Assembly (NCBI GenBank): GCA_964016885.1
Contig: OZ024758.1
Coordinates: forward strand, 9,920,001 to 9,984,000
Direction: 5' to 3'
DNA length: 64,000 nt
From: Eledone cirrhosa
Taxonomy: Eukaryota
The notes beneath the pieces were generated by a model. That model was not told where the DNA came from, searched no databases, and saw only the letters and a program-made list of their open reading frames with translations. Position numbers and translations under genes: made by a program. This document shows, piece by piece, positions 12,988 to 28,110 of the stretch (its first letter is position 1; the number at the start of each line of letters is the position of its first letter).

Positions 12988-13232
12988 CTTTCCAGCATAG
13001 TTACGTCCCTTTACGATCTGAGTTCAAATCCCGCCGAGGTTAACTTTGCCTTTCATCCTTACGGGGTCGATAAAATAAAGTACCAGTAATGCACTGGGTA
13101 ATTGCTGGCCTTGTGCCAAAAGTAGAAACAATTATGATCAGAGGGTGGTTTGGCAGTATCGGTAGAGCGTCAGACACCATGCTTTGCAGCAAAGCTCTTT
13201 AAGTTCTGAGTTCGAATCCCGCCGAGATTAAC
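12988..13232 (+). mobile_element. 5'-truncated SINE followed by a SINE head fragment
   Basis: Matches the dominant SINE. Confidence 0.8.
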
Positions 13233-13432
13233 TGACAACAGTTGGTCTCAGTGTATAACGAACTTCACCACACTGCCATGCCGGTTATATAATAACTAAC
13301 ATCAGTTCGTCGAAGTGTATTGATCGAATCTTTTCTTATAATGTCTTATCTTTGCATGCCAACAATCTCTCCCTCGCATACACTTACACACACACATAAA
13401 TGTATATATATATATATATATATATATGCATA

Positions 13433-13465
<33 letters not shown>

Positions 13466-13473
13466 GACAGACA

Positions 13474-13514
<41 letters not shown>

Positions 13515-13647
13515 TTTCAGTTTGTTAGATTGCTTGTCATATGTTATTTCTCTAAGCTTCATCGTTGATTGGATTTTCAGCAGTCAATGTTTTTGTTCTG
13601 GTTGACATCGTTGCAGCAGCAGCAGTAGCAGCAGCAGCAGCAGTAGT

Positions 13648-13679
<32 letters not shown>

Positions 13680-14706
13680 TTGTTGTTGTTGTTTTACGTA
13701 GCGGAGGTGGTGAGGAGGGTGTGCATACATAATCAATGTCTGCAAGTTTTTGTGCAACTACCAGAAAGAAAAATTGAAGTAAAACAGTTTTACTAGCATA
13801 TAAAAACTGGATCTTATCTCGATAATATAGATTAATATTGATATGTTTTCAAACTAAAATTAAACTTATTTCGATGAATCCCGTTCTGCGTGGAAAACTT
13901 GTCGGCTGCTATGTAGCAAGTACATTATAGAGAATCTAGTGAAATTGCATTTAAACTCTATGTCTATGGAATAAACGAATCGGACACATTTTCTTCACCG
14001 CCATCTTCTATCCAATTATTTTATTCCCTGTCCTTTCATGGGTATCATTTAGGTCTATGAGCGTTTATCTATATATAATTCTACAATTTCTATATTATAC
14101 ATACATACATACATACATACATACATACATACATACATACATACATACATACACATATATATATATATATATAGAATAGACAGCTTTTCTCTTAAATATG
14201 TTACATTGACGACATGACTGGGTTCGAATTTAATCAGTTTATTTTTTTTATAATAAAGATTTCTCATATTTGCTTATTTGTTATTTATGTTTAGTTTGTA
14301 AAAACAAAGTTTCAAGATTTTCGTTTGAACAATCGGGAACGGAAGACTGTCATAATATTAAATCAGGTGCAAAAGTTTTCCTGAAATTCATGTTTATCTG
14401 TTCTTTTTCTATGTTATTTTTTTTCCTCTAAAACATTAAGACAGCTCAGAAAATACAGCCTGCACAGACATACAAAGTTATGTAACAGTAAACAGTTGTC
14501 AAATAATAATAAAAGACTGTTCCCAATGGATAACCAAGTGCCAACTATTGTCACTTTTATTTAACGTGAACTTCGTTTGGTAGAATTATAACGACACTAT
14601 ATTGTATCTCATGAGAAGATAGAACATTCTATATATATATTTAAAGACCATGGTCAAAGTTGGTTAAACGTACCAAAATGGCCTCCCGCTTTTGACATTT
14701 ATTTAC

Positions 14707-14738
<32 letters not shown>

Positions 14739-14747
14739 ACACACGCG

Positions 14748-14864
<117 letters not shown>

Positions 14865-15274
14865 TTGTTTATACATATATGTGTGTGCGTGCGTAAATAT
14901 GATGTGTCTATCTTCTTCTTTTCTTCTTCTTCTTTTTCTTCTTCTTCTTCTTCTTCTTCTTCTTCAGAGCATAGCTTCTGTCACAATAGCACGACACCAT
15001 TTTGTACTACCATATGACTGTAGGCGACAGATTAAATTCGGTAGATCAGCATTGCATACCACGTTCGCAGAATTTGTACTCAGTATGCAAAGAGCTAGAA
15101 CAAACATAAATGCGGTTATACATATGTTTGGAATATGAATAAGTTTTAAAGGAGAAACGATTAAATGACTGACTAAATGACATCTGATATCATTTTACGT
15201 CAGTTTATGTTGTAAGTTCAAAATTCCACCGGAGTGGACAAAATATAAGTTTATTGAATTGAGTCTAACCTTTT

Positions 15275-15346
<72 letters not shown>

Positions 15347-15528
15347 TTTCTTTCTCTCCCTCTTTCTCTCTCTCACACACACACACACACACTCTCTCTC
15401 TCTCTCTTTATTATATTGTATATATATATATATTATATTATATTATATTATATTATATTATATTATATTATATATATATATTATATATATATATAATATA
15501 TATGTATATATTATATATATATTATATA

Positions 15529-15558
<30 letters not shown>

Positions 15559-15561
<3 letters not shown>

Positions 15562-15750
15562 GGAACAAGTAAGACCCCGACGGCTGAGCTCAAGCCGTTT
15601 CGACGGCTAATTCTGGGAATTAGCCGTCGAAACGGCTTGAGCTCAGCCGTCGGGGTCTTACTTGTTCCTATTACCCACTCTACTACCCTAAGTATTGAGT
15701 ACTTTGGTGCGTTATGGTCCACCTGGTTCCTTACCACATTTCCTTCGTTA
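15559..15750. mobile_element. PLE terminal-repeat-like fragment with a perfect 55-bp-arm palindrome, embedded in (TA)n
   Basis: Arms 15559-15613 and 15617-15671, 3-nt spacer. Confidence 0.8.
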
Positions 15751-16452
15751 TATATATATATATATATATATACATTATATATATAAAATATATATGTATA
15801 TATATGTATATATATATATAATATATGAATATATATATAATATATATGTATATATTATATATATAATATATATATATATTAATAAAAACAATGAATAAAA
15901 ACGAAGAACAAGTTCCTTATATTAAAAAATTCATCATTTTACGATCGTTTCTAGGATATATATGTGTGTTGGTATGTATATCATCTAGATCTATGTAAAT
16001 ATATATATATATATATATATATATTCAAATAACAGATTTAAGTTTAAGCAAAGAATCGCTGCTTTCACCCTTAACGGGATCATCTGAAACTGGTTAGTTT
16101 CAGAAGAATATATATAATATATTATATTATATAAGCATTATGTATATATAATATTATATATAATATATATATATTATATATATATATTATATATATATAT
16201 AATATATTATATTATATATGCATTATGTATATATAATATTATATATAATATATATATATATATCATATATATATTATATATATATTATTATATTATATAT
16301 ATTATATATATATTATTATATTATATATATATTTATTATATTATATATATATTATATTATATATATATTATATATATATATTTGCATTATGTATATATTA
16401 TATTATATTATATATATATTATTATATTATATATATATATTTATTATATATA

Positions 16453-16630
16453 GATTGGCAGTATCGGTAGAGGGTCGGACGCCATGCTTTGACGCATAGA
16501 GTTACGGCCCTTGCTATTCTGAGTTCAAATCCCGCCGAGTTTAACTTTGCCTTTCATCCTTATGGGGTCGATAAAATAAAGTACCAGTAATACAGTGGGT
16601 AATTGCTGGCCTTGTGCCAAAAGTAGAAAC
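16453..16630 (+). mobile_element. tRNA-derived SINE copy
   Basis: Near full-length match to the dominant SINE. Confidence 0.9.
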
Positions 16631-16633
16631 AAT

Positions 16634-16691
<58 letters not shown>

Positions 16692-17769
16692 ATTATATTA
16701 TTATAATTATATATTATTATATATATATATACATATATATATTATTGTATGGAAATGAAAATAAATAATTGTAAAGATTCTATACGCTTAAATACGTGTC
16801 AAATGAAATGTATATGGTTGACAAACGATGACATAATTGGATGATTGCTTGTATAGTCACGTAACGAACGTAGGACATTTTAAAATCTCTCTCTCTCCAG
16901 GTATGAATACAGAATTTTTCTTCCAGGGAAGGACAAAGATTGATAGAGGGGAAGTGAAAATTAGATATAGAAGCAGAATCAACCCCAGTACTAGACAGGT
17001 TCTTTTTTTTACCGACCTCGAATGGATGGAAGGCAAAATTGACCTCGGTAAAATTTACCAAACGTGAAAACGGAATTAAGGAAAATTTGAAATGGATAAT
17101 TTTTCCCCCAAAATGTTGTACTAATTCACATATCCCAGTTCCTATCATATGTGTATTCATTTTGATGAAATAAAATAATAAAAAGCTGCCTATTGACTGT
17201 ATTGCAGATAAGTATTCTAACAGGAGGGAATCACTTTTGGACCGCTGTGCCTCTTCCTCATGATGTAATGACCCGTTTGAGTTCTTGAGTTTGAAATATC
17301 TGCTTTAGAGCATTGAACAAATTACCTGTGGCATATAGTTTCGATCGTTTACATTCTGGGCTTAAATCATGCCGAGACCAACTTTGCTATAGATGCTTCC
17401 AGGCTCAATAAAATAAAGTATCAATCAAGTACTGTAGTCAATTTAATAGTGCTATGAAACATTCAAGATGAAAATAGAATCCAATGATATTCTGCAAGAT
17501 TGGGCTATTTTTAATGATGTCGTGACAAAGTCAACGCCAATATTAACTTTAAAAAGACCAAAGCAACTGAATTTAATAATTTTAAATTCCAAAGACTGCA
17601 ACGATAGATTATTTTTAGCAATGTTGAAGAACTACCAATTCCCATAGATTTGGGTATCACGAGAGATGTCAAAGAGGGGGATGGGTCTACAAGAGTTTGG
17701 AGTGGCATCACCATAATTAAAGTTATTTTAGTGTTGCTAAAAACAGCTTCAAGTATCAAAGTACCTTAA

Positions 17770-18514
17770 AAGGAGTGTCCAGCATGTGTTGACATCCTAG
17801 AAGGAGTGTCCAGCATGTGTTGACATCCTAGGAGAGTCCAGCGTGTGTTGACATTCTAGAAGGAGAGTCCAGCATGTGTTGACATCCTAGAAGGAGAGTC
17901 CAGCGTGTGTTGACATTCTAGGAGAGTCCAGCGTGTGTTGACATTCTAGAAGGAGAGTCCAGCATGTGTTGACATCCTAGAAGGAGAGTCCAGCGTGTGT
18001 TGACATTCTAGGAGAGTCCAGCGTGTGTTGACATTCTAGAAGGAGAGTCCAGCATGTGTTGACATCCTAGAAGGAGAGTCCAGCGTGTGTTGACATTCTA
18101 GGAGAGTCCAGCGTGTGTTGACATCCTAGAAGGAGAGTCCAGCGTGTGTTGACATTCTAGGAGAGTCCAGCGTGTGTTGACATTCTAGAAGGAGAGTCCA
18201 GCATGTGTTGACATCCTAGAAGGAGAGTCCAGCGTGTGTTGACATTCTAGGAGAGTCCAGCGTGTGTTGACATTCTAGAAGGAGAGTCCAGCATGTGTTG
18301 ACATCCTAGAAGGAGAGTCCAGCGTGTGTTGACATCCTAGAAGGAGTGTCGAGCGTGTGTTGACATTCTAGGAGAGTCCAGCGTGTGTTGACATTCTAGG
18401 AGAGTCCAGCGTGTGTTGACATCCGAGAAGGAGAGTCCAGCGTGTGTTGACATCCTAGGAGGAGAGTCCAGCATGTGTTGACATCCTAGGAGTGTCGAGC
18501 GTGTGTTGACATTC

Positions 18515-18516
<2 letters not shown>
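17770..18516. repeat. 28/31-bp minisatellite with 90-bp higher-order pattern
   Basis: (AAG)GAGAGTCCAGC[A/G]TGTGTTGACAT[C/T]CTAG units, often arranged 31+31+28. Confidence 0.95.
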
Positions 18517-18551
<35 letters not shown>

Positions 18552-18797
18552 GGTAGTAGTAGTGGTGGTAGTGGTAGTGGTAGTAGTAGTGGTAGTGGTA
18601 GTAGTAGCGGCAGCGGCAGTAGGAAGAAGAAAAACAACAGCAACAACGATAACGACAATAACAACATCAGCAGCAGCGAGTACATCCTACAACAGCAACA
18701 ACAACAGCAGCAACAGCATCGAGTACATCCTACAACAGCAACAACAACAACAACAACAACAGCGAGTACATCCTACAACAACAACAGCAGCAGCAGC
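18517..18797. repeat. TAG/TGG/CAA/CAG trinucleotide repeats
   Basis: Direct inspection. Confidence 0.9.
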
Positions 18798-20730
18798 TAT
18801 ATATTCTATTTTACTATATATATTCTATTTTACTATATATATTCTATTTACTATATATATTCTATTTTAGTTATATATATTCTATTTTCCTCTATATATT
18901 CTATTTACTATATATATTCTATTTTACTATATATATTCTATTTACTATATATATTCTATTTTCCTCTATATATTCTATTTACTATATATATTCTATTTTA
19001 CTATATATATTCTATTTTCCTCTATATATTCTATTTACTCTATATATTCTATTTTCCTCTATATATTCTATTTTACTATATATATTCTATTTCCTCTATA
19101 TATTCTATTTTACTCTATATATTCTATTTTACTCTATATATTCTATTTTACTCTATATATTCTATTTTCCTCTATATATTCTATTTTACTCTATATATTC
19201 TATTTTACTCTATATATTCTATTTTCCTCTATATATTCTATTTTACTATATATATTCTATTTTACTCTATATATTCTATTTTACTATATATATTCTATTT
19301 TACTCTATATATTCTATTTCCTCTATATATTCTATTTTACTATATATATTCTATTTTACTATATATATTCTATTTTACTATATATATTCTATTTTACTCT
19401 ATATATTCTATTTCCTCTATATATTCTATTTTACTATATATATTCTATTTTACTATATATATTCTATTTTACTATATATATTCTATTTTACTATATATAT
19501 TCTATTTTACTCTATATATTCTATTTTACTCTATATATTCTATTTTACTATATATATTCTATTTTACTCTATATATTCTATTTCCTCTATATATTCTATT
19601 TTACTATATATATTCAATTTTACTATATATATTCTATTTTACTATATATATTCTATTTTACTATATATATTCTATTTTACTATATATATTCTATTTTACT
19701 CTATATATTCTATTTTACTCTATATATTCTATTTTACTATATATATTCTATTTACTCTATATATTCTATTTTACTCTATATATTCTATTTTACTCTATAT
19801 ATTCTATTTTACTCTATATATTCTATTTTACTATATATATTCTATTTTACTATATATATTCTATTTTACTCTATATATTCTATTTTACTATATATATTCT
19901 ATTTTACTATATATATTCTATTTTACTATATATATTCTATTTTACTCTATATATTCTATTTTACTCTATATATTCTATTTTACTCTATATATTCTATTTT
20001 ACTATATATATTCTATTTTACTATATATATTCTATTTTACTATATATATTCTATTTTACTCTATATATTCTATTTTACTATATATATTCTATTTTACTAT
20101 ATATATTCTATTTTACTATATATTCTATTTTACTCTATATATTCTATTTTACTATATATATTCTATTTTACTCTATATATTCTATTTTACTATATATATT
20201 CTATTTTTCTATATATATTCTATTTCCTCTATATATTCTATTTTACTCTATATATTCTATTTTACTATATATATTCTATTTTACTATATATATTCTATTT
20301 TACTCTATATATTCTATTTTACTCTATATATTCTATTTTACTCTATATATTCTATTTTACTATATATATTCTATTTTACTCTATATATTCTATTTTACTC
20401 TATATATTCTATTTTACTCTATATATTCTATTTTACTATATATATTCTATTTTACTATATATATTCTATTTTACTATATATATATATTCTATTTTACTAT
20501 ATATATATATTCTATTTTACTATATATATTCTATTTTACTCTATATATTCTATTTTACTCTATATATTCTATTTTACTATATATATTCTATTTTACTCTA
20601 TATATTCTATTTTACTCTATATATTCTATTTTACTCTATATATTCTATTTTACTCTATATATTCTATTTTTCTATATATATTCTATTTCCTCTATATATT
20701 CTATTTTACTCTATATATTCTATTTCCTCT
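18798..20730. repeat. ~19-bp AT-rich minisatellite (~100 units)
   Basis: ATATATTCTATTTTACT[A/C]T units. Confidence 0.95.
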
Positions 20731-20946
20731 GTCCTGTATCTTTGCTGTGTTTGCCACTACAGTTCAACATTTCAATGTTTTATTAATAGATGTGTTATTT
20801 CCATCGATAGACATTTGTCACGTATAAAATTATTTACTTTCCAACAGTACAGAATTTCTACATACAGATTCCTTTTAAGTATATTCTTCTTTATCTTTCT
20901 TTTTGTCCCGTAACTCCCGGGGGTAGGGGCGCAGTATTGACGCAGT

Positions 20947-21335
20947 AAATACCACTTCAGAAGGAAGATGAGAGTGGAGAGAGAGGTGCTATACCCCAGT
21001 AAATTCGCTGAAAAGTGGGTGAATGTGGCGAAAATGACCCGAGTGAATGGGCCTCTCTGTATATAAATGGTTGAGAAAGACAGAAAGAGGGAAGACGTGA
21101 ACACCTACAAAACGTGCTCCTGGTGTTGAGGGTTATTCTATCTACGGGGTGCAAAACAACCCCGCAGTAACGCCCCCCCCCCCCCCCCCATTGGGGATTT
21201 CGATTGTTAATTTTTTAATATATATAGTTATTGTTATTTATTAATGTTAAAGTTTATACGATTTCATGTAAAACCCCCGCCGTCACGTCTTGTAATATCC
21301 CATTTCTTGTACGCCCTTGTGGAAAATAAAGAAAG
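20947..21335 (+). mobile_element. L1/Tx1-clade LINE 3' end (ORF2 C-terminus + 3'UTR)
   Basis: KYHFRRKMRVEREVLYPSKFAEKWVNVAK matches KFHLERKLRVEREVL of the 35835-36240 fragment; tail CCCTTGTGG..AATAAAGAAA also at ~9427-9450 and ~31767-31790 (-). Confidence 0.7.
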
Positions 21336-22378
21336 ATATCTACCTGTCTGTCTGTCTGCCTGCCCCCCCCCCCCCCCTATATATATATATATAATGTAAC
21401 TGTGTTTATTATGTGTATCATGAAGAGAGGTGAACGTCTGTTTACTATTCCAATGTTACCAATAACTGGTTCTGATGGTATTACTTGCTTCAATTGTGTT
21501 AGGTGTTACTTTGGTAAGGTTATTCATAACGTTTTTCCTGTGTCTTTGAAGTACTTTTCTTAACTGATCAGATCTCTGATTGATTCAGAAATTTCCTTTA
21601 CACTATAAATCAAATTTCTATGTTAGAACAACAAATGTAGTGGGTTAATTCCGTGACAAAGATACGTTCTTCGCGATTTCTTAGTTATAACTATATTCCA
21701 ACTGAAACTTTTTCTTTTGCTATGAAGTTTTAGGAAGAAAGTCGATTGAATCAATTGCAAGATGTAACTGATGGATGTTGTTTAGCCGTCGTTCTAAACA
21801 TTTTACCATCGTCACCCTTTTTGGTAAATCGATAACACTTCGCGACAGTTTGTGAATATTTAAATAAAATAGAATTCTTGGAGACATATTCCTCAGTTTG
21901 TGTTTGCAGTAAATGGGGTGTTGTAGTTTTTATTCCTATCATTTATTATAGAACAAACGTATTCATGAATCTCTGCTCTCTGAATTCAAATCCTGCTGAG
22001 GTCAACTATGCCTTTCATACTTTCGGGGTCGATAAAAAAAAGTACCAGTCAAGTACTGGGGCCGATTCTTCCTCTATATCCCTTTCTCATTTGTATTTTC
22101 CCACTCTCTACCCTTCTTTGGAAGAAATGTGCTGTGTTCAAACCTGGAGAAAGGGTGCGCACCTCCAGGTTTCAAAAATGCCCTAGAAACGTCGTATATC
22201 AATATGGTGTCCCTACAACTCCTCTGGGAGTTACCAGACCATAGATGCCATAGATTCATGAATAAACTGCTAATGTAGAGTAGCAAGTTGACACGACGTA
22301 GTTCCGGGACCAAGTTTGAAACATGTTTATTTCCATTTCGTTACCATATTAAGATGCTATTATTTCCAAAGTTCCAAA

Positions 22379-22529
22379 GGGCGGTGAATTGGCACTATCG
22401 GTAGAGGGTCGGACGCCTTGCTTTGACGCATAGTGTTACGGCCCTTGCCATTCTGAGTTCAAATCCCGCCGAGGTTAACTTTGTCTTTCATCCTTACGGG
22501 ATCGATAAAGTACCAGTAATGTACTGGGA
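22379..22529 (+). mobile_element. tRNA-derived SINE, 3' end replaced by a minisatellite
   Basis: Head and central domain intact. Confidence 0.85.
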
Positions 22530-22530
22530 T

Positions 22531-22912
22531 AAATCTCACTAAGGTTGACTTAACCACGTATTATTAAATCTCACTAAGGTTGACTTAACCACGTATTATT
22601 AAATCTCACTAATGTTGACTTAACCACGTATTATTAAATCTCACTAAGGTTGACTTAACCACGTATTATTAAATCTCACTAAGATTGACTTAACCACGTA
22701 TTATTAAATCTCACTAAGATTGACTTAACCACGTATTATTAAATCTCACTAAGATTGACTTAACCACGTATTATTAAATCTCACTAAGGTTGACTTAACC
22801 ACGTATTATTAAATCTCACTAAGGTTGACTTAACCACGTATTATTAAATCTCACTAATGTTGACTTAACCACGTATTATTAAATCTCACTAATGTTGACT
22901 TAACCACGTATT
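22531..22912. repeat. 35-bp minisatellite, 11 units
   Basis: AAATCTCACTAAGGTTGACTTAACCACGTATTATT. Confidence 0.95.
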
Positions 22913-23427
22913 TTGTAATGTAATCAGTCTGTTTCAATTTTGATTCTATTTTGATTTAAAATTCAGTTTCTCTATTTTTTCTAAATACATGTACTGCTTG
23001 TAATAAAAAATCTATTTGATATTTATTCTTTGTGAACAAATTAAAATTTTCTATAAAGAGAACACCCTTTGTTCTATGCTGCCTAACATACTTAATATAG
23101 CAAATTCTTACTATTCTGAGAAGTAGTGTAATATATATCACAAGTAAAGAAGACGCCGTTGCAACCTCTTCATTAGAATAAAATAATTGTATATTTTTCA
23201 TTTGTATTTTTAGCAAATAACATCCTCCTCATCATCATCATCATCATTATCCTCATCATCGTGGTTGTCGTCATTGCCGTTGTTGTTGTCGTCGTCATCA
23301 TCATCGTCGACGTCAGAGCTTTTGGAAAAAAGTCTAAGAGACAATAATATATCCATGTATCTCGCTGGTGAATAGAAAAGGCATCGCACGTCCAAGTAAA
23401 AGAAAATTTTAATTTTTATATATAACT

Positions 23428-23586
23428 GTTTCTACTTTTGGCACAAGGCCAGCAATTATCCCAGTGCATTACTGGTACTTTATTTTATCGACCCCGGCGG
23501 GATTTGACCTCAGATTATAAAGGCTGTAACTCTATGCTGCAAAGCATGGCGTCCGACTCTCTACCGATACTGCCAATCCACCGCCC
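23428..23586 (-). mobile_element. tRNA-derived SINE (internal deletion)
   Basis: Matches the dominant SINE. Confidence 0.85.
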
Positions 23587-23595
23587 TCTTTAATT

Positions 23596-23668
23596 TTCCT
23601 TTCTGATGAACGATTTCAGACGTCTCTATTGAGCTTGCGTGTCTTCGTGAAACCTTTGGTAAATGGAA
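23596..23668 (+). ncRNA. Type I hammerhead motif
   Basis: Stem I TTCCTTT/AATGGAA, CTGATGA, stem II ACGA/TCGT, GAAA, stem III ACC-TTT-GGT, GUA triplet. Confidence 0.65.
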
Positions 23669-23731
23669 TAATTGTATTGTGTTGTTTATTACATAATTAA
23701 ATAGCTCTGTACTATACATAGAGCACTCTCC

Positions 23732-24169
<438 letters not shown>

Positions 24170-24870
24170 AGTTATGATAAACTTTAACATTACTTGAAGG
24201 CGATGCCACAGCATGGCCACAGTCAATTTACTGAAACCGGTGAAAGTATAAAGGATTAAGGAATAAAATACATAAAAACTATTGGGTTTATCTGATTTAT
24301 TTATTTTTCTTTCCTACATGTTGACATAAAGATAAAAACTAGAATCTACGTGTGTTTTTTTGGGGGGGGTTTATCACACCATATATCTTTCTATATAGGT
24401 TATCGCATTATAGCCATGAAGGAAACCATTTTTTGACAGTTTCCATAGTTGATTAGCTATCAATATTCCGCTATGTTTATTGTTCGGATCTTCCAACTTA
24501 TCAGGGTGTTAAAAATCTATAATATCGACCTATGATCGCTATCAACATTAACAATGTTGAAATTATGTCAAATACTCGTACTCAACAATGCAAAGTAAAT
24601 TTAGTGATTTTGGTCAATCCGTAATGATGTCAACATTCCGTATATTGAAGGACACAGTAGCCATATTTTGAATGACTATTTTTATTCCAAACAGAATTAA
24701 CTGATACGACATAAACTAAAGCAAAGTTATAGAATTACAAATTCAATTTACTCGGACTTCCAGGTTCAACTGCTACAAACAAATGTGTCGCAACAGAAAT
24801 AAAAGTAGAGAAGTAGGCTTCTAGCATGTTGAATACAAGTATTGCTTTTATCATTATGTTTTCAATAAGA

Positions 24871-25087
24871 GTGGTGGCACTATCGGTAGAGCATCGGGCA
24901 ACATGATTTTAAGGCATAGAGTTACTCCCCTTTACGATATGAGTTCAAGTCCTGCCAAGGCTAGCTTTGCCTTTCGTCCTAAGGGGTTCGATATAGTAAA
25001 GTATCAGCAACAAACTGGGGTTGATTTAATCGACTTCCCCCCCCCCCTCCCTTAAATATTGCTGGCCTTGTGCCTAAATCAGAAACC
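24871..25087 (+). mobile_element. SINE, long (older) subfamily
   Basis: Carries the extra GGGTTGATTTAATCGACTTCCCC segment absent from young copies. Confidence 0.75.
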
Positions 25088-25391
25088 ATTACTATGTTTT
25101 CGATAGATTCATGTGAGGAGGAGGTGTTTGTGTGTTATGTATCCCTTGCTGTGAATAGAATTTTGTTTTGTCGTTTCTTACGTTATCTTCGTGATATTTC
25201 TTCTAAGTACTAAAAGATGTTTACTATGTTTACTATATGGTGATGGGCTGCGAAGTGTTTTCCGTTGAATGTCTGCTGTGCTGACAGGAATTGTTCTCTG
25301 GATGTGGCCCTTTGTATGGCTCTATGTTTTATATTTTTGTTCGTCTCATTTATTTTACCAATAGCATAGATCGATAGATAGATATGTTTCT

Positions 25392-25427
<36 letters not shown>

Positions 25428-26597
25428 GTCTATATTTGAGGGTAATGGAAAACAAATTATCGGGGCTTATGTCCTTGTTAATTCGAAGTAACCGAAGGTG
25501 TATTTACACATGGCGTGTGTGTATACATGGGGGATGGAAAGAGATAGTTTTGGAGATTTACCCAGTGTGTATGTGGTGTGGAGTTGAGTCCAAAGTGATC
25601 CGTAAATGTGGAATCATTTTCCGCATTTTCAATGAAGTTTCTTCTACGTTTCTGACTTAAAATCACGTTGACGTCGACGTTTACTTTTTCGTGGGTGACA
25701 AGATAAGTTGCAGTTAAGCACTGGGGTTGATATAATCGACAATGTATTTCACTTAAATGTTATGATGGCGCACCAATGCTAGAAGCGATTATCATTACGC
25801 CAAGAATACTTCAAAGACTAGCTTATTTGCCAGAAGCTGAAAAAATAATCGAGCAATTATATAAGGATGAAAAATATATAAACATAAGAAAGGTCGAAAA
25901 ATCCTTTCAGAGAAACAGAAAAAAATCATTGGCAGTGTTTTCAAAGCTTTTGGAAAAAAGACTAGGAGGCAATAATATATCCATGTATCTCGCTGGTGAA
26001 TAGAAAAAGCACCGTACGTCCAAGTAGTAAGGGTCCAGAGAGGAATTTGGAGTGAGATAGTCTAACTAGACAACATGGAAGTGAGGAGACTTCACGCAGA
26101 ATTTCATGCTCATACGTACTCCACTCTCTCGTACAAGAGTGAGGAAGTTGTCCTCATTTTTACATACAGTGTGTGCTAAAAATAGTGATGTTTGATAAAC
26201 TGTCAGAGTTGGACATTCGGCGGGTAGTAGCATGCATTTTTCTCGATAGAGGGGACATGCTGCTGTACATCCGGATGACTGTTATCTTCAGTGTCTGTTT
26301 TCCTGTTGTTATGGCCACCTACCATTGTTCAAATCCAGGGTTTGAGGTTTTGAACAATTCCTTCCATGGCCAACCCTTCGCTGCATAGATTCCCTCCCAT
26401 CTGAAATTTCTCTACGTGTCTTGCCCTTGGCGATACATTGATTTCGATTACATTGTCACCAAGTTCTTGATAATATCATTTTGAGTTGGAGTTGGGCTAT
26501 TTTTTTTTTTTTTTCGTCATTTTTTTCTTTTTCTTTTTCAAAGAATTGCCATCGATTTCTATACTGACAATGTAGCAAGAACCTCTTGTTTTAGGCG

Positions 26598-26636
<39 letters not shown>

Positions 26637-27343
26637 GAACGATATAAAAACAAACACTAACATATCTTGGAGGCAGTAAAAAACAGATATAACCAAACAG
26701 TATTACGGCCGACATTAGATGAATGCCAATATTTTCGTCGTTCTATTAAGTCTTGTAATTTTCCTGAAGATCATAAACCATTGACAAATATTACGCTTTA
26801 CAGCATTGCTGTCAAAGTTATTCTTCAGAAAATAATCAATACTTCTCGACCATTAAAACAGCTGGAAGTGGTTTCTATGGTGACTGACAAGATGGGAAAT
26901 ATGTGAGGTAGGGGTATTCTTTTGATCTTTCTGTTGACAACCGCCGTACTTCGTACTTCTTAGATTTAATTATGTCCTTGTATTTCGCTGTCTGTCTATA
27001 TTCCTGTCCACTTATTTACAATATTGCACATTTTTATGGATGCTTCTATGCGCGCGTTTTGCTACATATTTATACTTTAAATGCATATGTGTGTGAGTGT
27101 GCATGTGTGTGAGTGTGCATGTGTGTGCATGTGTGTGAGTGTGTGTGTGTGTGTGTAAGTGCACGTGAATTTGTTTGCGCAACCCATTCATCGTTAGAAT
27201 AACGAGAAAAGTGTAACAAATGGGCCAACCTTATGAATACTACTTTATCACGAAAAGCCGTTATGTGATTACACACAAATGGGTAGGTTCAGGCACTGTG
27301 AAGGAGCCAAGAAAAGGCTGGAAAAGATTCTTTAAAAATAATT

Positions 27344-27530
27344 GTTTCTACTTTTTGGCACAAGGCCAGCAACTACCCAGTACATTACTGGTACTTTATT
27401 TTATCGACCCCCGTAAGGATGAAAAGCAAAGTTAACCTCGGCGGGATTTGAACTCACAGAATGGCAAGGGCCGTAACTCTATGCGTCAAAGCATGGCGTC
27501 CGACCCTCTACCGATACTGCCAATCCACCG
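27344..27530 (-). mobile_element. tRNA-derived SINE copy
   Basis: Near full-length match. Confidence 0.9.
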
Positions 27531-27942
27531 AATGGCGATGGAATAAGTCTTTAATAGTGCAACAATTTAGTCGAACGACGTAGAGTGTCGTCCGTAGACG
27601 TTAATTACGTTGGCTTGGTTGGTGTCACTGTCGTTACGTTGGTACCCCCGCTCGGTCCGGCAGTCCATTCAGGCAGCCACCGGCTTCAATGTCATGGTCA
27701 GCCATCGCCTTAATCGTGACTGTTCATGACGTCACACCACCCGGTGTACCTGCCTCTTGTTTCAGTCATTAAATTGAAGTCACACCCCTCCACCCACATA
27801 TATTTTTCGATTTATTTTTTTATTTTTACCCCTTTATTTCTGTTTCTCCTTTGTGATCCTGTCTCCATTTTGTACTCCCGAAGAAAGTGAATCTAATAAG
27901 ATATATTTTGTACTTCTGTTGTCTTCTTGAACTATATATATA

Positions 27943-28110
27943 CAGGTAAAATTACGTTGTAACGAACACCATTATAACGAATTTTTCAGTATAACGAAAT
28001 ATTTTTGAATCCCTGGCCACACATTAAAACAACGATAAAAGAATCTCGTTATAACGAAATTCATTACAACTAATATTTCAGTACAATGAACGAAAATTGA
28101 ACCCCAAGCA
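27943..28110 (+). mobile_element. pogo/Tigger-like terminal fragment
   Basis: TA|CAGGTAAAATTACGTTGTAACGAA with repeated TATAACGAA subterminal motifs. Confidence 0.55.

Noticed and set aside
16050-16107. CAGATGA-TCCC/GGGT-GAAA on the minus strand (also ~60640-60683)
   Set aside because: Core U4 is replaced and stems I/III do not close; treated only as a dispersed repeat
22531-22912. CRISPR-like periodicity (also 17770, 46408 and 52752)
   Set aside because: No unique spacers of uniform length, no cas genes, eukaryotic context
27868-27945. CCGAAGA...GAAC hammerhead-like segment
   Set aside because: Lacks GAAA and a closable stem I
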